Part shown: positions 25,933-34,998 of the stretch, piece by piece
Layout: each line of letters opens with the position of its first letter
How positions within the stretch are numbered: position 1 is the first letter of the stretch
NCBI GenBank assembly: GCA_038221095.1
Contig: JBBRIM010000001.1
Coordinates: 1 to 36,104, forward strand
Reading direction: 5' to 3'
DNA from: Candidatus Limnocylindrales bacterium
GTDB taxonomy: Bacteria > Chloroflexota > Limnocylindria > Limnocylindrales > CSP1-4
DNA: 36,104 nt
Notes under the pieces: generated by a model
What the model was told of the DNA's origin: nothing
The model's database searches: none
The model's input: only the letters and a program-made list of their open reading frames with translations
Position numbers and translations under genes: made by a program

Positions 25933-26802
25933 ATGGCTACGACCCGGACGGTGCGCCGGATTCAGACGCGAGCCCGGCCGGGCTCGATCGAACTGATCGG
26001 CGAGGGCCTCCGCGAGATCTGGTCGCGCCGCCAGTTGACCCGCTACCTGGTCCAGGCGGACATGGTCAAGCACGGTGCCAATACCGTGCTCGGCAATATC
26101 TGGTGGGTCCTCGATCCGCTCCTCCAGATGGCGATCTACGTCATCTTCGTGTCGGTCATCCTGAAGCGGGGCGGGCCGGACTACCCACTCTTCGTCTTCT
26201 CGGCAATCCTGCCCTGGAAGTGGTTCTCGACCAGCATCAACGACGCGATCACCTCGGTGACGTCGCGCGAGGCGATCATCAAGCAGGTCAAGTTCCCGAC
26301 GATCGTGCTGCCCGTCGCGGCCACCGCCAGCGGCGTGGTCAGCTTCATCTTCGGACTCGTTCCGCTGTTCGGGATGATGATCTTTTTCTACGCCGACCGG
26401 CTCACGCCGTACCTGTTGTTCATCCCGATCGTAGCCGCCGTCCAATTCCTGTTCACCCTGTCGCTGTGCCTCGTGTTCGCCGCGATCAATGTCTTCTTCC
26501 GCGACCTGGGCAACCTCGCCCGCCACTTCCTGCGGTTGTGGTTCTACCTCTCGCCGGCCCTGTACGCGACCAAGGAGCTCGACCCGGGCAAGTACGGCAT
26601 CCTCGCCCAGCTGTACAAGCTCAATCCATGGGTTCCCCTGTTCGAGTCGTACCACAACGTGATCTACGCCGGCCCCAGCGGATTCGCGGAAGCGCCGGAC
26701 TGGCTCAGCCTGGCGACGCTGTCCGTCTTCTCGCTCTTCCTCATTGCCGGCGCCACGCTCATCTTCAAGCGGCTCGAGCCGGCCTTCGCCAAGGTCATCT
26801 GA
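25933..26802 (+). CDS. wzm: ABC-2 type polysaccharide/teichoic-acid export permease (Wzm/TagG-like)
   Basis: 6 TM. N-terminal REIWSRRQLTRYLVQADMVKHGANTVLGNIWWVLDPLL is typical of ABC-2 glycan exporters. Confidence 0.9.
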   Translation: MATTRTVRRIQTRARPGSIELIGEGLREIWSRRQLTRYLVQADMVKHGANTVLGNIWWVLDPLLQMAIYVIFVSVILKRGGPDYPLFVFSAILPWKWFSTSINDAITSVTSREAIIKQVKFPTIVLPVAATASGVVSFIFGLVPLFGMMIFFYADRLTPYLLFIPIVAAVQFLFTLSLCLVFAAINVFFRDLGNLARHFLRLWFYLSPALYATKELDPGKYGILAQLYKLNPWVPLFESYHNVIYAGPSGFAEAPDWLSLATLSVFSLFLIAGATLIFKRLEPAFAKVI

Positions 26803-26803
26803 G

Positions 26804-27682
26804 ATGGTCTCGCTACTGAGGAAGCCGCGCGAAACACTCGACCCGGCCGGCAAGCCGATCCGGAGCGGTGTGATCGCCGCGCCCGCAGACCCCGGCTACA
26901 TGATCGACGTCGAGGACCTGGGCATCCGCTACGACCTGCGCCTGACCAAGAAGACGACCATCCGGGGCGCCTTCCGGAACATGACCCACATCTCGCGCGA
27001 GGATCGCTCGTTCTGGGCCCTCAAGAACGTCACTTTCCGGGTGGCGCATGGCGAGAGCCTGGCCGTCATCGGCCCGAACGGCGCCGGCAAGAGCACCCTG
27101 CTCCAGGTGATGGCCGGAATCCTGACGCCCAGTGAGGGCCGGATCGACGTGATCGGCCACATCTCCAGCCTGCTCACCCTGGGCGCCGGCTTCGACCAGG
27201 AATTGAGCGGTCGCGACAACATCCTGCTGGCCGGGGCATTCATGGGCATCGACAACAGGGAGATGCGCGATCGACTGCCCGGGATCATCCAGTTCGCCGA
27301 CATCGGCCAGTTCATCGACGCCCCGATCCGGACCTATTCGTCGGGGATGCGCGCCCGGCTGGGCTTCTCGATTGCGACGGCCGTCGATCCGGACGTCCTG
27401 ATCATCGACGAGGTGCTGGGCACCGGTGATGCCGTCTTCCGGGTCAAGAGCCAGAAGCGGGTGATGGAACTGGCCAAGGCTGCCAAGGGGATCGTGATGG
27501 TCACCCACGACCTGCACTGGGCCGAGGAGTTCTGCAACCGGGCGATGCTCCTCGAGAAGGGCCGGGTCATCGCCGAGGGCAATCCGAGCGAGGTCGTGGC
27601 CCTCCATCGCGAGCGCTCGGACAAGGCCCGGATCGACCGCGAGGCCGAAGTCGCCCGGCAGCTGGCCGCCGCCGCACTCTGA
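26804..27682 (+). CDS. wzt: Polysaccharide/teichoic-acid export ABC ATP-binding protein (Wzt/TagH-like), nucleotide-binding domain only
   Basis: Walker A GPNGAGKSTLL, signature YSSGMRARLGFS, Walker B LIIDEVLGTGD. At 292 aa it has no room for a C-terminal carbohydrate-binding module. Confidence 0.9.
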   Translation: MVSLLRKPRETLDPAGKPIRSGVIAAPADPGYMIDVEDLGIRYDLRLTKKTTIRGAFRNMTHISREDRSFWALKNVTFRVAHGESLAVIGPNGAGKSTLLQVMAGILTPSEGRIDVIGHISSLLTLGAGFDQELSGRDNILLAGAFMGIDNREMRDRLPGIIQFADIGQFIDAPIRTYSSGMRARLGFSIATAVDPDVLIIDEVLGTGDAVFRVKSQKRVMELAKAAKGIVMVTHDLHWAEEFCNRAMLLEKGRVIAEGNPSEVVALHRERSDKARIDREAEVARQLAAAAL

Positions 27683-27698
27683 GGCCGCGGCCCAGGGT

Positions 27699-28937
27699 TC
27701 AGGCCGGGCGATCGGCCAGCCGGGCAACCAGGGCGAGATAGGGCTCGACGGCCGCTTCCCAGTTGTACCGCTCGCGGGCAACCCGCAGGCAGCGTTCGCG
27801 CATCGCCAGGCGTTGGGCCGGCGGCCGGTCCACGACCGAGGCGAGGGCCCGGGCGAGATCGGCCGGATCGCTGGCGTCGGCACTGGCCCCAAGGTCGTCC
27901 GCCGCCACGATCTCGGCCATCACCTCGAGCTGCCGCCCGACCACGACCGGCGTGCCCGCCGTGAGGCTCTCCCAGAACTTGTTGGGCGTCGACAGGCGCT
28001 GGTTCAGCGAGCCGGTCGGCAGGGCGATCACCGAGACATCGGCCGATGCGATCCACTCGGCCAGCCGGTCGGGGTGAACCGGCGGAACGGTGAAGTGGCG
28101 GCCGGCGAAGCGCGGATCGTGGTCCCGGGCGCTGATCCGGTCCTGCCAGCGCCCGAAGCCCATCAGCACGAGGGCCGCATCGGGCAGGTGCAGGACGGCC
28201 TCGGCGGCTTCGTCCAGGCCGCGATGCTCGGCGAACTTGCCGACATACAGGACGACGGTCCGTTCGGGTGGGATCCCGGTCAGGGCCCGCAGGTGCGTCG
28301 GCCGGACCTGGGGCGGGATCCAGCGTGGTGGGCAATTGAGCAGGACGGTCGGCGGCGCGGCCAGTGCCCAGGCCCGGGCGAGATGATCGGCGAATGGCTG
28401 GTTGATCGTGACCACGGCATCGACAGCCCGAATCCAGCGCTGTTCGCGCCGACGGTGGATCGTCCCCACGAAGTCCGGCAGGCGGTCGTAGGCCGGTGTT
28501 TCGAGCTGGATGTCGACCACGTCGTAGATGACCCGGCCGGCCCGGCCCTGGGCGCGGGCCGCGTCAGCCAGCTCGAGGGCCACGCCCACGGTGCGGTAGC
28601 CACAGGCGTGGTACAGGTCGGCCGGCCGGACCTGCCGGCGGAGCGTCCGGTACCAGCCTCGATCGGCCTCCGGCCAGAGCCACAGCTGGCGAGCCTGGTG
28701 AATCCCCCGCAGCCGGGTCATGGCTGCCTCGGGGTCGGGGACGTAGCGCCGGATCACGACCTCGCCGTCGCGCTCCTCGCGGGGCACGCCGGACTCATTG
28801 ACGCCGGCAATCTCGACGTCGTAGCCGGCACCGATCAGGCTGCGGGCGGTGCGCAGCGCGCGCGAATAGGGGTTGACCGAGTTGGCCACCAGGATCACGG
28901 CCCGGGGGCGCGCCGCCGGTCCAGGCTTGTCTACCAC
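27699..28937 (-). CDS. Glycosyltransferase family 4, paralogue A
   Basis: AVILVANSVNPYSRALRTARSL..., C-terminal STPNKFWESLTAGTPVVV. Clearly similar to the upstream paralogue. Confidence 0.85.
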   Translation of the reverse strand: MVDKPGPAARPRAVILVANSVNPYSRALRTARSLIGAGYDVEIAGVNESGVPREERDGEVVIRRYVPDPEAAMTRLRGIHQARQLWLWPEADRGWYRTLRRQVRPADLYHACGYRTVGVALELADAARAQGRAGRVIYDVVDIQLETPAYDRLPDFVGTIHRRREQRWIRAVDAVVTINQPFADHLARAWALAAPPTVLLNCPPRWIPPQVRPTHLRALTGIPPERTVVLYVGKFAEHRGLDEAAEAVLHLPDAALVLMGFGRWQDRISARDHDPRFAGRHFTVPPVHPDRLAEWIASADVSVIALPTGSLNQRLSTPNKFWESLTAGTPVVVGRQLEVMAEIVAADDLGASADASDPADLARALASVVDRPPAQRLAMRERCLRVARERYNWEAAVEPYLALVARLADRPA

Positions 28938-30256
28938 GGCCGATTGGTCAGGCGCTCGAACTCGGCGAACAGCTTGGCCGACTGGGTCTCCCAGTTGAAC
29001 GTGTCGTGGGCTGCGGCCAGCGTCCGCGCCCGGCGGGCAGCTCGCTCCGCATCGGGCGCGTCGAGGATCTCGGCCAGCCCGGCGGCGATCGAGACCGGGT
29101 CGTTGGGATCCACCAGCCGCCCGGAGTCCAGCGGGCGAACGATCGCGGCCATCCCGGGCAGGTCCGAGGCGACGACCGGGACGCCCACCGACATCGCCTC
29201 GAACAGCTTGTTCGGCGTGGTCAGGCGATGATTGAGGGTGGTCGGCAGGATGGGCATGGCGGCCACGTCAGCCGAGGCGACCCACTCGAGCAGCTCGGCC
29301 GGGGCCACTGCGGCCATCACCCGGATCCGACCGCCACTGGCCGGCTCGGCCGCAATCACCTCGTAGCGACCGCCGAGGGGCCCGAACCCGAGCAGGACCA
29401 GGACGGCCCGATCCACGAGGGGGATCGCAGCGATCAGCTCCTCGATCCCACGTTCGGCGGTAAAGCCACCGTGATACAGGACCACCCGGGTCTCGGGCGG
29501 CAGGCCCAGCGCCTCGTGGAAGCGGCGGGGCTGGACCGCCGGCAGAGTGCTCCGCGGAGGACAGTTCATCACCACCACCGGCAGGGGCACGTCGAGCCGG
29601 CGAGCCAGCTCCCGGGCGTAGGCATCGTTGGCCGTGACCACCCCATCGGCGGCCTGGGCTGCCGACCGCTCGTAGCGGCGGATGACGGCCCGGGCCGGCC
29701 AGGGCAGGGCCATCAGGGCGGTGGACGCCAGGAAGATGTCGCCGGCGTCGTAGATCACCGGGATTCGATCGCGCTTGCCGAGGGCCAGCCCGGTCCCGAT
29801 CCCGAGGTAGTGGTAAGCGATCACGAGGTCGGCCGGAGGCGCAATCCGGGCGGCCTCGAAGGTACCGGCCCGGATCTCCAGCACGCGACCTGCTCCATGC
29901 CGGCCCCGTCCGGCGACGCGCCTGGCCCGTCCGAGGAAGCCTGGTTCGGCGGGGGGCGTGGCCGGCTCACCGGCCGTCTCGGGATCCGCTGCCCCGAGAC
30001 CGGCCGCACCCCGCCGGATCCGATCACGGATGCGGGCCGGCAGGGGCAGGCCCTCGCGCGGGTCCGAAGCGATCCGGATGATCCGGTAGCCGGCTGGGTG
30101 ACGCTCCTCGATGGCCAGGCCGGGAGCCCAGCGGGCCACCACGGTCACCTGGTGACCGCGGGCGACGGCGCTGCTCCCGATCCGATAGGTCCCCGAATGG
30201 AACTGGGCCGTGGTCGGGGTCACGATCGTCAGCCGCTGCGCCTGTGGGTCGGTCAC
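28931..30256 (-). CDS. Glycosyltransferase family 4, paralogue B
   Basis: LTIVTPTTAQFHSGTYRIGSS..., C-terminal TTPNKLFEAMSVGVPVVA. GTG start overlaps the epimerase stop (GTGA). Confidence 0.85.
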   Translation of the reverse strand: MTDPQAQRLTIVTPTTAQFHSGTYRIGSSAVARGHQVTVVARWAPGLAIEERHPAGYRIIRIASDPREGLPLPARIRDRIRRGAAGLGAADPETAGEPATPPAEPGFLGRARRVAGRGRHGAGRVLEIRAGTFEAARIAPPADLVIAYHYLGIGTGLALGKRDRIPVIYDAGDIFLASTALMALPWPARAVIRRYERSAAQAADGVVTANDAYARELARRLDVPLPVVVMNCPPRSTLPAVQPRRFHEALGLPPETRVVLYHGGFTAERGIEELIAAIPLVDRAVLVLLGFGPLGGRYEVIAAEPASGGRIRVMAAVAPAELLEWVASADVAAMPILPTTLNHRLTTPNKLFEAMSVGVPVVASDLPGMAAIVRPLDSGRLVDPNDPVSIAAGLAEILDAPDAERAARRARTLAAAHDTFNWETQSAKLFAEFERLTNRPW

Positions 30257-31392
30257 GCCGGGATCCCTGCCTCGAGCGCCGCCAGGATCGCCGCCCCGGC
30301 CCCCGATGGCTCCAGCCGGAGGTTCCGGGCCCGGTTGGCGGCATCGGCCGGTGCCGTCTCGCCGGGCGCGAGTCGGCTGAGCGCCTCCATGACCCGAACC
30401 TGGTCAAGTCCGACCACGACCATCCGGCCGGCCGAGTCGTCCACCGCCTCGAGCCACTCGGTCGTGCTCCGCAGGATCAGACATGGAACGCCCAGCCAGG
30501 CCGATTCGCGCTGGACCCCACCGGAGTCGGTCAGGACCGCCGCAGCGTGGAGTTGCAGGGCGAGGGTTGTCCGGTAGCCCTGCGGCTCGATGACCCGGAT
30601 CGTCGGCGCGAGCCGCACCCCGGCGGCTCCGAGCGCGGCAGCGGTGCCGGGGTGGAGGGCCAGGACCACCGGGCGGGCGTTGGTCGCAGCCAGCGCCAGC
30701 AGCTCCGCCCAGCGGCGGAGGGCAGTGGGCTCCCGGTTCTCGGCCCGGTGGACGGTGGCGAAGAGGTATCCCCCGGGACGCAGCTCGAGTCTGGGCACGG
30801 TCGCCGCGCCGGCCAATCGCCGCCCGATTGGGTCGAGAACGGCCGGATCGCGGACCTCGCTGCTCACCCGGGCGGCCAGGTCCTGCATCAGGTCGCCGAC
30901 CCGCCAGACCCCGCGGGTGATCCCCTCGGCGGCCAGGTTGACGACGGCGCTGGGCGTTGGCGCAAACGACCAGGTCGCGAGGTGATCGGCGATCACCCGG
31001 TTCTGCTCCTCGGGCATCCGCCGATCGAAGCTGCGCAGGCCTGCCTCGACATGGGCAAGGGGCAGCTCAAGCTGGGCCGCGGCCAGTGCGCCGGCCAGGG
31101 TCGAGTTGGTATCGCCATAGACAATCACAAGGTCAGGCCGCTCCGCGCTGAGGATCGGTCCGAGCCGCCCCAGCATCGCCGCCGTCTGCTCAGTGGCACT
31201 GCCGCCACCCACGCCGAGCTGGTGATCCGGCTGGGCCAGGCCCAGCTCGCCGAAGAACGAACCGGCCAGGGCCTCGTCGTAGTGCTGGCCTGTGTCGATG
31301 AAGATCTCGTCGTGCCGGGCGCGCAGGAGCGGCTGGAGTACCGCCGCCTTGATCAGCTGGGGACGGGTACCAACGACACTGGCGATCCGCAT
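30253..31392 (-). CDS. wecB: Non-hydrolysing UDP-N-acetylglucosamine-type 2-epimerase (WecB family; WbpI/WlbD-like by context)
   Basis: MRIASVVGTRPQLIKAA, DTGQHYD, VIVYGDTNSTLAGALAAA, VEAGLRSFDRRMPEE.NR. Confidence 0.9.
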   Translation of the reverse strand: MRIASVVGTRPQLIKAAVLQPLLRARHDEIFIDTGQHYDEALAGSFFGELGLAQPDHQLGVGGGSATEQTAAMLGRLGPILSAERPDLVIVYGDTNSTLAGALAAAQLELPLAHVEAGLRSFDRRMPEEQNRVIADHLATWSFAPTPSAVVNLAAEGITRGVWRVGDLMQDLAARVSSEVRDPAVLDPIGRRLAGAATVPRLELRPGGYLFATVHRAENREPTALRRWAELLALAATNARPVVLALHPGTAAALGAAGVRLAPTIRVIEPQGYRTTLALQLHAAAVLTDSGGVQRESAWLGVPCLILRSTTEWLEAVDDSAGRMVVVGLDQVRVMEALSRLAPGETAPADAANRARNLRLEPSGAGAAILAALEAGIPA

Positions 31393-32828
31393 CAGCGGGC
31401 GGCGGCGTCCACCGGCAGGCGGGTGGCGGCGGGTACCCCGACGCCGTGATAGCTGACCCGATCCGGCAGGACCAGATCACGCAGGCTGTTGCGCCCGTCG
31501 AAGAGCACCTCGGCCGCCGGGAAGTTGGCGAAGTCGAGCGTGCGGAAGAGCGGATCGGCCGTCTGGGTGATGATCGCCCGGGCGTCGCTGGACGTGCCCC
31601 ACTGGTATGGCGTTGCTGCGCTGCGGGCAATCTCGGCGTCCGAGAGGAGCGGGTCGCCGGCCGATACGAGGGCCCCATGGAAGGCCAGCCGCTCGATCAA
31701 TGGCAACGCCCGCGAGTAGGCGAGCTCCTTGACCCCGTCACGGTAGGTCAGGCCGAGGACCAGGACGGGCACGCCCTCGAGACCGCCGAGCGCCTTCTGG
31801 ATCGTCCGGATCGCCAGCCCGATCTGGCCGTCGTTGACCCGCCGGCTCAGCTCAACCAGTTCCATCTCGGGTGCCCGGCTGAGCAGGAAGTGTGGGTAGA
31901 CCGGGATGCAATGGCCGCCGACCCCCAGGCCGGGCTGGTGGATGTGGCTGTAGGGCTGGCTGTTGGCCGCCGCGATCACCTCCTGGACATCGACACCCAC
32001 CCGGTCGGCATACCGGGCGAACTCGTTGGCCAGGGCGATGTTCACGTCGCGGTAGGTGGTGTCGGCGAGCTTGCTGAACTCGGCGGCCTCGGCCGAGCTC
32101 ATCAGGACGACCTCGGCATCGAGGACCGAGCCGTAGAACGCCGCTGCCCGGTTACCCGACTCGGGCCCGATGCCGCCAACCAGCTTGGGGTATGTCGCCA
32201 GGTTCTTGAGGGCCGAACCGCTGTACAGCCGCTCGGGCGAGAAGGCGACGAAGAAGTCCCGGTCGGCGCGCATGCCGCTGACCGCCTCGAGCCGCGGGGC
32301 GAACCGATTCCGGGTATCGCCCACCGGCAGGGTTGTCTCGAAGATGATCGTCGAGCCGGCCTGGACACCGGGAGCAATCGCCTCGACGGCCGCGTCCATG
32401 TAGCGATAGTCGGGCTGCTGCTCGTCGTCGAGCATGACCGGCACGATCAGGACAACCACGTCTGCCGTCGCCGCCGCCGCTCCACCATCGAGCGTCGCCC
32501 GAAGCCGGCCATCGGCATGGGCACCGGCCACCCCCTCGGTCAGGCCGGGCTCCTCGGTGACGTGGTTGCGGCCGGCGTTGATGGAGTCCACGACCGAGGC
32601 CTGAACATCGACCGCCGTAACGTCCCAGCCGTGACCGGCAAACTGGACGGCGAGGGGCAGGCCCATCTTGCCGGCGCCGACGACCGTGACCCGGCCGACC
32701 GTACCGGGCTCGCCCTGCCACGGCCGGACGGTCCGCGGCTCAGGGTGATGGCAGGTCCGGAGCGCCAGTTCGATCGAGCCACCGAGCAGGCTCGGGGGCG
32801 GACTGGATGGTCGGTTCGTGATGGTCAT
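31392..32828 (-). CDS. UDP-sugar 6-dehydrogenase (UDP-glucose/GDP-mannose dehydrogenase family; WbpA/WecC-like)
   Basis: Rossmann VTVVGAGKMGLPLA. Catalytic region GLGVGGHCIPVYP. ATG 32828 overlaps the upstream stop (ATGA), giving an ~45-aa N-terminal extension; the true start may be later. Confidence 0.9.
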   Translation of the reverse strand: MTITNRPSSPPPSLLGGSIELALRTCHHPEPRTVRPWQGEPGTVGRVTVVGAGKMGLPLAVQFAGHGWDVTAVDVQASVVDSINAGRNHVTEEPGLTEGVAGAHADGRLRATLDGGAAAATADVVVLIVPVMLDDEQQPDYRYMDAAVEAIAPGVQAGSTIIFETTLPVGDTRNRFAPRLEAVSGMRADRDFFVAFSPERLYSGSALKNLATYPKLVGGIGPESGNRAAAFYGSVLDAEVVLMSSAEAAEFSKLADTTYRDVNIALANEFARYADRVGVDVQEVIAAANSQPYSHIHQPGLGVGGHCIPVYPHFLLSRAPEMELVELSRRVNDGQIGLAIRTIQKALGGLEGVPVLVLGLTYRDGVKELAYSRALPLIERLAFHGALVSAGDPLLSDAEIARSAATPYQWGTSSDARAIITQTADPLFRTLDFANFPAAEVLFDGRNSLRDLVLPDRVSYHGVGVPAATRLPVDAAAR

Positions 32829-33889
32829 GCGTCGGCTAGCCTCGCGGAAAAATGGGACAGGTCAATCGGCTGGCCGCCGGCCGCGGCAGCCAGCAGGGAG
32901 GTTGCGATCGCCACGGCCCACAGCCCGTCTTCGACATCGACAACGGGCCGACCGCCGTCACGGACGACTGCCAGGAACGCGTCGAGCTCGGCGGCCAGGG
33001 GCTCGGCATTGGCGACCGGCAGCTCGGCCACGTCGCCGGCGAAGGTGGGGGCGTAGCCGGCGATCAGAGTCGGGCTTCCGGCATTGGCCCGGGTGAACGT
33101 CAGGCGCTGGGTCAAGTAGTCCAGCTCGAACATCCCCTCCTCGCCAACCACGGTCAGCTGGCGACGCTTGGCCGGGGTGAGCCAGTTGACATCGAGCATT
33201 CCGGTCGCGCCTGACGGAAACCTGAGCAGGCCGAAGAGCAGATCCTCGTGGCTGGCGTGGATCCGCTGGGCCAGCTCGGCGTAGACCCGGTCCGGCCGCT
33301 CGCCGGCAACCCATGACAGGATGTCGGCATCATGGGTGGCCAGGTCGATCGTCACCCCCACGTCGCGGATCCGGGCAGGAAACGGCCCCGCGCGCCGGCT
33401 GGCGATCGCGTAGATCGTGCTCAGCCAGCCTGCCCGGAGCAGACGCCCGAGTTCGAGCACGGCCGGGTTGAACCGTTCTACGTGGCCGACCTGGACAGGG
33501 ACACCCCGGCGCCGGGCCGCGACCAGGATCTCGAGGCCCTCGTCGACGCTGGCCGCAAGGGGCTTCTCGACGAGGACGGCCACGCCGCGCTCGATTGCCG
33601 CCAGGGCAAGGGCCCGGTGGCTGGTCGTCGGGGCGGCCAGCACCACGGCATCGAGTTCGGTCTCGGCGATCATCTCCAGTGGTTCGGCGAACCCGACGGC
33701 GTCTGGTCCATCGGCCCCGCCGCTGGTCGCAGCCGCGAGCACGTCCGGGATCGGGTCGGCCACGGCCACGAGCCGGCAGCTCGGCCGGGTCCGGAGCACC
33801 CGCAGATGGTTGCGACCCATCGAACCGAGCCCGGCGAGCCCAACGCGCAGCTCGTGCTCCGAGCCCACGGGCCGCCAGGCCTCGACCAT
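32825..33889 (-). CDS. Gfo/Idh/MocA family NAD-dependent oxidoreductase (WbpB-like 3-dehydrogenase by context)
   Basis: LRVGLAGLGSMGRNHLRVL...LVAVADP and VLVEKPLA motifs. Lies between the dehydrogenase and the DegT aminotransferase. Confidence 0.85.
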   Translation of the reverse strand: MVEAWRPVGSEHELRVGLAGLGSMGRNHLRVLRTRPSCRLVAVADPIPDVLAAATSGGADGPDAVGFAEPLEMIAETELDAVVLAAPTTSHRALALAAIERGVAVLVEKPLAASVDEGLEILVAARRRGVPVQVGHVERFNPAVLELGRLLRAGWLSTIYAIASRRAGPFPARIRDVGVTIDLATHDADILSWVAGERPDRVYAELAQRIHASHEDLLFGLLRFPSGATGMLDVNWLTPAKRRQLTVVGEEGMFELDYLTQRLTFTRANAGSPTLIAGYAPTFAGDVAELPVANAEPLAAELDAFLAVVRDGGRPVVDVEDGLWAVAIATSLLAAAAGGQPIDLSHFSARLADA

Positions 33890-34998
33890 CAGGCTAGGGT
33901 CTCGACGGCAGCCCCGACGTGACCCTCGACGGCTGACCGGACTGCCCCGATCACAGTTGCCTGCTCGGCCGCGGTCAGGCCCGGGAACATCGGCAGGGCC
34001 AGTGTCCGGGCGGCAGCTGCGTCGGTGATCGGCAGGTCGGCGTGGAGCCCCCGTTCCATGATGTACGGCTGGCGATGGACCGGGATCGGGTAGTAGATGT
34101 CGGCCCCGACGCCGGCCGTGCGCAGGTCGGCCACGATTGCATCGCGCTCCGGCCCAACGTCGATCGTGTACTGGTGGAAGACGTGGGTGCGGCCATCGGG
34201 TCGGACCGGCGTCCGGATCGGCAGGTCGGCGAAGGCCCGGTCGTACTCCGCCGCGATCGCCTGGCGGCGGGCCGTGTTTCGATCGAGCTTGGCCAGCTGG
34301 ACCAGCCCGATCGCGGCGTTCAGGTCGGTCATCCGATAGTTGTAGCCGAGCATCTCGAACTCGTAGCGAGAGCGCATCCCCTGGTTGCGATAGAGGCGCA
34401 GCCAGTCGGCCAGGTGATCGTCGTCGGTGGTGACGAAGCCACCCTCGCCGGTGGTCAGGTTCTTGGTCGCGTACAGGCTGAAGGCGCCGTGGCCGAAACT
34501 GCCCGCCCGGCGTCCGCGGAAGGTGGCCCCGTGAGCCTGGCAGGCGTCCTCGACGACGACCAGGCCGTGGCGGTCGGCCAGGGCCGTGATCATGTCCATG
34601 TCTGCCACCAGCCCGAACAGGTGGACCGGCACGATCGCCCGGGTCCGCGGCGTGATCGCCGCTTCGATCCGGGCGGCGTCGATCAGGTAGGTGTCCGGCT
34701 CGATGTCGATGAAGATCGGCGTCGCCCCGGTCGACAGGATCGCGTTGGCCGTGGCCGCAAACGTGTGCGAGACCGTGATCACCTCGTCGCCCGGTCCGAG
34801 GCCGATCCCGGCGAAGATGGCCATCAGGGCCAGCGTCCCATTGCTGGTCGCGATCGCATGCCTGACCCCGCAGTACTCGGCCCAGCGGGACTCGAACTCG
34901 GCGACCCGCTTGCCCTGGGCGAGCATCCCCGAACGGAGGACGTCGCTGACGGCCGCGACCTCGTCTTCGCCGATATCGGGACGGGCAATCGGGATCAT
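33889..34998 (-). CDS. DegT/DnrJ/EryC1/StrS family PLP-dependent sugar aminotransferase (WbpE-like)
   Basis: MIPIARPDIGEDEVAAV..VLRSGMLAQG, ATSNGTLAL, SLYATKNLTTGEGG (PLP lysine context). ATG 34998 overlaps the acetyltransferase stop (ATGA). Confidence 0.9.
   Translation of the reverse strand: MIPIARPDIGEDEVAAVSDVLRSGMLAQGKRVAEFESRWAEYCGVRHAIATSNGTLALMAIFAGIGLGPGDEVITVSHTFAATANAILSTGATPIFIDIEPDTYLIDAARIEAAITPRTRAIVPVHLFGLVADMDMITALADRHGLVVVEDACQAHGATFRGRRAGSFGHGAFSLYATKNLTTGEGGFVTTDDDHLADWLRLYRNQGMRSRYEFEMLGYNYRMTDLNAAIGLVQLAKLDRNTARRQAIAAEYDRAFADLPIRTPVRPDGRTHVFHQYTIDVGPERDAIVADLRTAGVGADIYYPIPVHRQPYIMERGLHADLPITDAAAARTLALPMFPGLTAAEQATVIGAVRSAVEGHVGAAVETLA

Noticed and set aside
27683-27698. 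GGCCGCGGCC palindrome in the 16-bp gap between the convergent wzt and GT4 stops, considered as a bidirectional terminator
   Set aside because: The 10-bp palindrome leaves no loop and has no flanking T tract. It is common by chance in about 70% GC DNA.
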